Positions 54,463-64,000 of a DNA stretch of 64,000 bases are shown one piece after another (the stretch's first letter is position 1; every line of letters begins with the position of its first letter). The stretch comes from Trichinella spiralis (Eukaryota): NCBI RefSeq assembly GCF_000181795.1, contig NW_003526944.1, forward strand, positions 2,941,584 to 3,005,583. Direction: 5' to 3'. Both the position numbers and the translations under genes were made by a program. The notes under the pieces were generated by a model, which made no database searches, was not told the origin of the DNA, and saw nothing but the letters and a program-made list of their open reading frames with translations.

Positions 54463-56442
54463 GTGCGTTCTCTTCTCACATTCTTAGTTCTTGTTGTAAT
54501 TGTTGAACAACAATTGAAAAAAAACTTACATAATTCCATTTGTAATAATGACAGTTTACTAAACGCTTTCTTAATTGTTTCATCAACCCCGCTTTTCATC
54601 CTACTCTATTATTCTGTTATTTAGAACGAGTCTATTTATTATCTTTGATTAACTGTGCATCACTGTTTAATCAATCAGTTAATTAAATAATTCTGCTTGC
54701 AGCATAAGAATGTGCACTGACATTAACTAGTTAGTGAAAAGCGGCCGATTAACATCTTATCTTTCTTGATTAAAGGTTCCATTAATATAATTTGAAATTA
54801 GTGGTTGTTTAAGTAATAAAAAAAAGTGTATATACTATATATATGGTCCTGCACTCTGAATTGAGCCACACATACGGTGGTCAGATGTTATTTACTGAGA
54901 AGAAAAAGAATCAATAATTTCAAGCAAGCTTTCAACTTCAACTCAACCCTACGCCTGAAGGATGACGTAAAAATCATTAGCTTGTCAGAAAATTTAACAA
55001 TTGTTCCGCGAAAAACTATTGAATTCGTACAATTTTTGAAGAAAAGTACATATTTTACATTGAATGTTGTCTCTTATAAACTATACTATCCATAATGAAC
55101 GAGAAGTACATCCATAGCAACGGTAAATGAGGAACTTAAAAGACAACAAATTGTTTCTGTGTCCACCACAATCGATGATGATTTAACGCTGTTGATGTAT
55201 GTAGAACAATGCGTAGCTTTCAACAGCTGTTCCTCCCCTGGCCTGGGTCAATTAATGTCAAAGTCTGTTCCAATATTGCAGAAACAGTGAAAATTATTTT
55301 CTATTTTTCAAGCAAAATCTGATGCAGTGATAAATTTTAACAACCTCTTCTGACTGAAAATTGAAAATGAATTGACGAATCGATTTTTCCAATTTGATCC
55401 TGTGGTCAATTATAGATTACAGTAAGAAAAGCAGCAGGATTTAATTTGACTTTTCGACCGTGCTTAGAATGTTAATTTATTATTAGGTAATAATAAATGC
55501 ATAATTTGAAAAATCGTAGTGAAAAATTTTTTTCGATTATGTTGTGATTTAATCTAGTTTCCACGTGAACTTATGAAAATAAAAATTTCAGTTTCTACTG
55601 AATAGTATTTACCAAAAAAAATTTACCTTGCCTAAATGTATGTAAAGAAATAATCATACAGATGGATTTATATTTATACAATGATGAAATTTAAATGTGA
55701 ATGTTACATATATATATATATATATATATGTTCGAGCTATGCTTGCTACAAATTTCATTATTGGTTTTCAACAGCTGCAATTTGTCGGAAATTTTGGTTC
55801 AAAAGCCGAAAATAGCCAATCGATCAAGAGCTGTAGTCATAATAATTTGTTTACGTTTATGACAGTCTCGTCAATACACTACAAATCGATTGAAAATTGC
55901 GAGTCAACATGTATGTCCTTGATGAAATCTCTGAACTACCCGGAATATCAGCGAGTGTTGTTACTGTTTTAGAGAAAATGCAAATATCAGTCAATATCCA
56001 GACCACTAATTCGACGCAGTTTTGCCTGAGTTTGCGGTAGAAAAAGGATATAATAGTAAACTGAGGCTAATCTGCATAACAAATACTACAGCAAACAACG
56101 TTGTGAATGAACGATGTATGGACTTTTGTTCTCAATCAAATGATGAGAAAATTATTGAAAAAGTGATAAAAAATGAGAATTATTTCACTGTGAGCCTATA
56201 TGACACACACGCATAAAATACATTTTAGTAGATTTGAGGAGGAGTGTGCAATTAGCGTAAATAAATACCGGCCGAATTTATCAATCTCCCTTTGGGTTCG
56301 CTTAGTAGTGAAGTTTTGAAATTAATTACACAACATTGAAGACGAAAGAATCAGAACAAAATATATTACAAAAAGATGATAATCACGAAAATTATTTTTT
56401 CTTTGTAATACTTTTCTTCCAATGATGTTGGCATATTTTTAG

Positions 56443-59400
56443 TGGAATTTGTTGCGAAGAAAACGATCTTACGATGTCAAGGTGGAACAGAGGCCGCTAA
56501 ATCAGTGAAAAGAAATGGAAAAGAAAAAGAAGAAAAAAAAGCCAATTTCGACGCAGTAAATAAAGTGTTGTCGAGAAAAAATTTCCATATAGCTTTTAGT
56601 GGCCGTCGTTGTTCATGTTTAGTTCAGTTTCCATTGCCATGCCCGCAGATATATATTATAAAGCACGCCTGTTTCGCAGAGGGGCGTGTAGTTGCGTTGC
56701 TGCGCGTTTCGTTCCGTACAACAAGCCAAACAACACACACTCCATATCTACCGTATTCTGTCGTTGTTGTTTTCCAAATTCAAATAATAATAATAATAAT
56801 AATCGCACAAGTTTTATGAATTATGTATAATTCTGTAAACGAAAAATGCGCAGAAATGAATAATGATAAAGAATAAAATATGCAGAAAGTGATTGTTCTT
56901 GTGAGCGATGCTTGGCGGGTGGCTTGTCGTTAGCTCTGCAGGATTGGAATGCTTTGCGTGCGATAAATTGCTTTCTCCCGCGATGGGAGTAAATTTGTGA
57001 AATGTGATTTTCCAAAAATTTCCACAGTTGATGGTGTCGAATCTCTAACCAGAAGCAACAGAGTTTCAGTCGAACAATTTTCAAAGCAACCAACACGTAC
57101 CGGTCGGCAATGAATGCTCTGCAAAAATCGTCCACCATTGCCAAGTGGGTTTTCGGTTTCAACTTTTTAAACCCAATATTTATTATTATTATTATTATTA
57201 CTGCTTTCTCTCTCCATCTCATAAACATCATATATTATTCAAATAATTTCTCAGAAAACAACAGCCGGCAACGGTGGAAGATGAGCAGAACAGCTGCGTG
57301 TTGGAACGTACCGAATTACGAAAACGAGACATGAACGAATTATGGGATCAGTCACTGCCGGTCAGTCACATGTCATTGGCTAAACTGTCCCGTCTTAAGC
57401 AGCTTCTCTATTTGAGAGTAAGTGTAGTATCCGTTTGTTTGTGGTTCATTTCGTAGAGCCTTACAATGCTGAAATTGGTCAACATTCGCAGAATGTTACT
57501 GACGTCACGTTGAATCGATACAACGTACGCGCTTTGCCATCGTTGGATGGGCTCATTTTTCCAAGATATTCGGTCACTTTGGAGATGATGGGCTCGCAAA
57601 TTCGCCCGTCCGGTTTGAAAATTTGCCGTCTGGTCGAAACGATAAACATGATGACCGTTGCCGACGAGGTGCTACCAAGCGTGTACAAGCAACATTCAAA
57701 TACAATTTCTCAATTCATTCATTAATGCTTTCATTAATTCTTCTTCTTTTTCTTCTTCTTCACAGAAGCACCTTCAACGGCATGTTCGGATATCATCTAG
57801 TGCGACAGAGTGATTCGGAAGTTGTGCTAACGTTAAATGAAGCGGACGCAATGTCCATATTCCAAGCGTGCAGCAAATTGGCTGTTGTCTTGCCCGACAA
57901 TCCGGGCCATTTCAACGTCGAGGTGGTCATTCCAATTTGTCAAATTTCCATATTAATACATAATTTTTTTGAACAGTTGTTTTTACCCTATTTGGAAGAG
58001 TTCACCAAAATTACCCTGTGGTTGCCACCAGAAAAATACAATCGAGCAAAGCAGTTGTCGAAAAAATTACTCTCAAATCAATGCTATTTGATCAGGTAAT
58101 TGTTATAGCCGAAGGAAAGAAATTGTGTATGTGAACCAACATATATACTGTTCAGTCCTAAAGCATGCAACAACCTCCGGGCAGCGGAAACATTGGCTAT
58201 ACCAGGAAAAGGGCGTGAGCTGATCAACGGTGTGATTCGTCAAGGCGAAGCTGTAGTGCACAAATATGTGGATACTTTGGCAATGTTACGCGACCCTGTT
58301 CGAAGTTTCCTGTTCGGTTACAATGGACAAACTTGTGGAGTTGTACAAGTAAATTTGCGTATGAATTTCCAAGCAACTAGTGTGTATGTGGAATTTTCAG
58401 TGGAAAAGATTCTCCTTGTTGAACAGCTATTTGAAAGGCTTTCGCTTGGGAGAGTTGACACTACTGACTGGCCCCTTTGGATGCGGAAAAAAGACCTTCC
58501 TCTGTGAATACGCGTTGGATTTGTGCGATCAAAATGTAAGTTGTGCAAAAAATAAATCACACTTACCTTTACATGAAAATTGTTATGCTGGCTACATTGT
58601 AGTCGTTTTCTGTTCTGTAGTGTGGATTCATTCATTCATTGCAACCAATCAGTCAGTGAAAGTTGACTGAAATTAAAATCAGATGAACATAATCTGCCAC
58701 GATGAACGTTCATATTATATTAAATTTAATTATTTTACATTGTTTTTTTCATTTTCAAGATGGTAACGTTGTGGTGCGGCCTGGAATTGCCGAGCATCCG
58801 TGTGGTGGCAACGATGATAGAACAATACGCCAGGTACAATCTTTCAACGAGCTTTGACGATCAGGTATGTGAAAATGTTTACGGTTCAGAGACGCATTTC
58901 ACAAGGATCTCTCGCGACAGCAATCATTCGATTATTGGTATGATCAACTGAGCCAACTGCCGATTTATTTTGCCCGTCTCTCCGGCTTCACCAGACTGAA
59001 AAATTTGATCGAAGCATGTTATGTTTTTCTTTTCATTTTTTTATAAATTGTGTAAATTTTTAATAAATTTCACTTCAAGGCTATTGAATACCACGCTTCG
59101 GCACAGGATGTACAACATGTGGTCATTGATAACGCGTTGTTGATACACGACTGCAGCTCACAGACGTTCACCGAGCTCAAGCGTTTTGCTAGCAGCAAAA
59201 ATTTGCACATCACAGCCATCGTACATCCCAAAAAGGTGCCACTTCGTATTCTTCTTGTATTTCGATTTCGCATTTCACACCGTTGAATTTTACCAGGAAG
59301 TGGAAAATCCAATTGGAACCATTTCCGCTTATTCAATTTACAGCAGCCTGGTCGGTGCATACGAAGCTGACAATATTCTTCAAATCACAACGCACATCAA

Positions 59401-59649
59401 CAAAAATCAACAACAACAATGCGAATTGGAAAAATACCTTCAAGTTTGTCGGCTTCAAAAAATGAATAATAAACGACAAATTTCTTTTTGTTTTAATTCA
59501 AATCCAATTGTCGCTTTCAGATATGGAAAAATCGCAACGTTGGAGAACTGCTGATTGGATGCTTGGTTGAAATGCATTTTGATCCTTTGTCCAAATGTCA
59601 TTCTCTAGTGATGCGGAAAAAGAAAATAAGACCCGGATGTGTCGACTAA
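56443..59649 (+). CDS. Twinkle-like mitochondrial SF4 helicase, paralog B (degenerate Walker A); 5' end uncertain
   Basis: Spliced segments include [41 protein letters not shown] and [14 protein letters not shown]. The helicase region reads [73 protein letters not shown] and KYLQIWKNR. Cys-containing N-terminal exons (~56443-56990) may be a zinc-binding-domain remnant. Confidence 0.88.
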
Positions 59650-62109
59650 ACAAGCGAACAATTTAGATGTTGTTGTGTTATTATTGCTGTTTCCCATTAC
59701 TCTTCACTGCCCAACTACTTTCTTTAATGAATGAATATTCTCATCTTAGAAAATGTTCCCAGTTTTCGTGTTCAACCATCCACAATTAGGCAAATGTATT
59801 TCTTATCTTTATCTTAACTGATCATCTTACATGATCTTATCATCACACTTTACGAATAGAAATTATTTCTATACTACTAAATTCTTGGCTAATAATAAAT
59901 TATAACAGAATTTATAATGTTTTAATGTAAAACAAAGCAAATGTATTGATGAAAATTGAATAACTAACTACATACCGATTGACGAGTGACGTGGACAATT
60001 TTCAGCTTCCTCAGCCAATGGCTATTTTGATTAAAAAAACAGACAGAAATTTCATTGTTGCTGCTAATTTTGATCGCTGTTAAATTATTAGCTCGCCATT
60101 GAAATATCCATCAGAAGAAGAAAAGGAAGATGGAGTGAGAATGGAAGAAAGTTGTTCATCTAAAATCATCATCAACATATTATTAAAAACACAAAGCAAA
60201 ATAAGCAAAAGCATGTTTGAACAGCACACCGTAAGCTGTTTTGCATTCACTGAATGATCAACCACGTCAGCTTGATTTTGCCATTCTAACCATCAAGAAA
60301 AAACCTTCTCCATCAACATTGAAACATGCTCCTCCTGTCAACGCTGCAAGCCATCTGTATGTACGTCGAACCGACGACAAGATACTTGTTTATCTGTTGA
60401 AATATATATTCAAAAATGTACATATTTTCCTTTAATTGCACTTCATCATTCAACTTTCGTCGACAATAACTTCCTAATTAAATTTGAGTATTATGCAAAA
60501 TGTTCGTAAACAGTGTACATAAACATAATCACCAGAATAGAAACTGAAAAGAAACAATTTTCTAGCTACACTATCTCATTCGTCTTATTGATTTATGACC
60601 ATTAACAGCAATGTACAAATAAATGAGATGTAAAAAAGTTGCATTAATGTTCAATGTGATGTGAAATTCAACGAACGGTTAAAAATAGTACACGCATTTT
60701 ACATTTCATACTGTAAATGGCTGTTTGCACAACTGAACAAATCGAAATTTTATTACCTGACAAAAACGTCCATTTCTTTTCCATTCGTCAAAATCACCAT
60801 CTCTAGAACCACGCAAATTCTCTACAATTGTCCAAAATTAGTTTCCAAAAAAATTATGAATGCATAAAGTTAACATTAATGTCAGACTTTATCAATAAGA
60901 AAACGCAAACAAACCTGTCAACTCGAGCAAGAAACTTCTTATCAACAATCCCATCAAACAAGTTATTGTAAAGATGTTGAAGATTTTTGTTATTTTTTCA
61001 TTTTCAGTACCAATAAATTTCACTTTGCATTTGATAGTTTACTGTATTTCTCCTGGAACTTATCGACTGGTTTTATTTTTAAAAAAAACTAGAACAGATA
61101 ATCCTTACTGTATTATTATAATCGAGTACCACTGGGAAAAATTGATTCCCTACAAATGCGGATGAAATGAATAATAAAATAAAAAATAATATTTTTTTAA
61201 TGTAAAATTTTACACCAAAAAAACTACACGCAATGATGCTGATGATAAATTATATCAACGCGCATTTAGCATCACCCATCCCCGTTAAAAAATGTTCATT
61301 CCAAAATTGTACTGCCCTTTGGCAAAAAATTGTTGTGGTTAAAAAAAATCATTCACTAAACAATGCACATTCACGTAACCTGATAAATAAGCAAAGCGGA
61401 CGAAGAAATACATATAACTGTTTATAGAAATTGCATTAATGCAGTTAGATATAAGACGCGTTATACAATATCTATTGCACAAATTATTCTGATACTTGCG
61501 ATCTCTTTGCTCTGCTTGCATATCATTTCACTGAGTATGAGCCTCTCTGCATATGCAATAACTAAGTTTCCACAGCAGAAAAAATAAATAATTTAAAACT
61601 TACCAAACGTTTAACATAAAATGATCAGTGGAAAAAACCGGTAAACCCAGTTGAACAAATTCTTGATTTGCCAACATGCAAACAAAGGATAGTAATTTTT
61701 TAACTCGAAAAATTTTCTCAGAACAAATTGCTTGGAATAGTAAAATATACAACAATCAAAATTCCTTCCAAATCAAATAAACATATTACTTGAATTTCAA
61801 GATCAAACATACTGTTGTTAATATGTGATCAAAAAAATTGTAAACATACCTATCTTCGTATACTATTTACCACGCAATGGACTGGACGTACAATATTCCC
61901 CAATACATTCAGATTGACTTAGCCAAAAAAAAATATTAAACTTTTGTCACACTAATATTCACTTGAAAAAATTTCATCGATATCAACGAATAACCATAAT
62001 ACAATCAAACAATCGACACTTTATTTTCAACAGCATCATCTCATAACAGTGTTTTATTAAAACAAATAAAATTACAAATGACATCTAACTTTACGGTAAA
62101 TGATCAACA

Positions 62110-63058
62110 TCAAACATTTCCTATAATTGCACGACCAATTTTGAAGGCAGCACCAATAATTATCACAAAGTACAAAAATTTGATCTGGTTCTGGCACTTT
62201 TCGACACGCGCTTCTAATTCAGTTATCTTTGCAGAGCGGTTGTTCAACTTTACAAAAGGAGCAACGCTTGTAGCAATTTGGTCAGGCATTCCTTCTCTAC
62301 AAATGAATTAAACAATTCAATGCGAAGCCAGAAATGAACCTTAGTTTAACTGACAAATTTAAATACAAAACCAACAGAATAACAAAGTTCGTTAGCAATA
62401 ATTTACAGAAATAAAAAAAAATAGATGCAAAAAACTTACTGGCTCTGCGACGCAGGATCCACTGTGGTAGTAGTCGCTTTTGATTCAGAAAGAGCAGTCA
62501 ATTCTTCTTGAATCCCCTCGCTATCGCCAGTAATGTCATGAAGACGATTTTCGGCAGTAATATGAGCTGGCATTACACAACACGGTTCATCAATGTCTTT
62601 AGAAACGGAATACAACTTATTATCAACTGCAAATTCCAAAGGTGTTGTGCGTTTTTCAGCAACCGATTTTCCACATAAAAATGAAAATAATTATGAAAAT
62701 TCAGATTAAAAACGAAGAAATGTAACACGAACTGTAGACTTGCAAAAATCACAAATTTGCAAGCTTGCTTAATTCATGAAATATTCTATTGGAGGTGTGT
62801 ATCTGCGCTGACTGTCGCCAGTGCATTCTTAAACCTCCAACTAATAATAAATACTGTGCTACTTATAATAAACATAAATATAAAGTACACAAAAATAATT
62901 TTGTAAATAAGAAAAAACATACCAACAATTACCAATCTCTCCGGAACTTTCATGCTTCCTACAATTAAAGTTTCCCTGTCATCCGTAGAAATACCATGAT
63001 GACCCACTGGGAATCGCTGAGATAATTCTAGTTTGTCACAACCAAAACCGCCCTCCAT
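62110..63058 (-). CDS. mff: Mitochondrial fission factor (Mff/Tango11)-like tail-anchored protein; exons 63058-62923, 62626-62440, 62296-62110; 169 aa
   Basis: SMKVPERLVIV resembles the Mff M.VPERIVV repeat, and MPAHIT resembles the TPP..IT motif. A C-terminal coiled coil (KLNNRSAKITELEARV) precedes a terminal hydrophobic anchor. Exon phases are compatible. Confidence 0.7.
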
Positions 63059-64000
63059 CACGCAACTGACAACAATAACAACTGAAATTCGAACATAAAG
63101 TTCAAGAATTACCGTAAAAAGATAATCAAGAACGTTGTTAAATTAGGTCATTATTTTTGAATGAATTTCTCAAACTTTATCATTTCTAAAATATTATTTT
63201 TTTTTATATTTAAATTATTTTTATATTTAATTTATTTACTTAATAATTCATGTAATTAATTTGTTTAATTTGTTTTTCGAACCGGTCATTTTATAATTCC
63301 TTTCATGGTTATTGTCTTTTAGCATGCAGAACATGGCAAAAATAGCCAGCGTTAGTTTTGCATACTTTATGCTATTTATTAATCACACATTCGTAAGATA
63401 GTACCGTATGTAGTGGCAAAAATAGTCGAAGACTGAATAGACAGAAAGTTAGAATAACAAACTTTATCAATTATATTGAGCATAATTAAGTAAAATTAAG
63501 CATTAAATTTTAAAATTAAAAAATGTAGCACCGCATACTTGAAATTAAGTACTTACTGATTTATTCTTCCAACAGCTGTTAGTTAATTGGCTTAGAAAGC
63601 TTAAACAATACACTTTAACAATATGTAAAATGTATTTTTTTAATGCAAATACAAACATTTTTATAATCTGAATAGCTATAACTGAACTGCATTTTCAAAT
63701 TATAATCCTTTATGAACCTGTTATTATTATTGCCAAACGCTCTTTTTGTAGGAACTGTTTTATACGTAGACAACGCACAATGTGTAAATTAATTTAAAAA
63801 TTTGATTAAAAAATTTTTAATTAATTTAAAATTAAATTAAAATAGCTCTTTTGCATTTTATTCAAAACAATGTAAATGTTAACAAAATCAACTTGAGTTT
63901 CACTCTCGTATATTACTGTAGATTTCTGTGGAATGTTAAAAGTATATTATAAGAAGTTATGTTTGTTAACTTATTATATTTCATTTTTTGATAAAATCAA

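Overview
Eukaryotic, AT-rich, gene-dense DNA with short GT-AG introns and TTTCAG-like acceptors. Gene content and style point to a nematode, probably clade I (Trichinella-like); this is inference. The ORF track fragments most genes, so I re-assembled exons by hand from splice sites and reading phase. From left to right: a repeat-rich block (a ~370-bp diverged duplication, a possible hAT end, a ~517-bp tandem array); an HR4/NR6A nuclear receptor (+); a signal-peptide-bearing TXNDC17/TRP14-like thioredoxin (-); ajm-1 (+); a Rab32/38/glo-1-like GTPase (+) followed by a solo LTR; an OTUD6-like deubiquitinase (-); AADAC/NCEH1-like esterase 1 (-); importin alpha-3 (-); a short, divergent CstF-64 (+); AADAC-like esterase 2 (-); Twinkle-like gene A (-); TMEM164 (+); a small membrane-protein gene (+); Twinkle-like gene B (+); and an Mff-like gene (-). 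The most striking signal is a pair of old, intact, oppositely oriented Twinkle (mtDNA helicase) paralogs. Both have the Walker A Mg-binding Thr replaced by Lys (GxxxxGKK), which suggests a duplicated pseudo-helicase or non-canonical helicase system.
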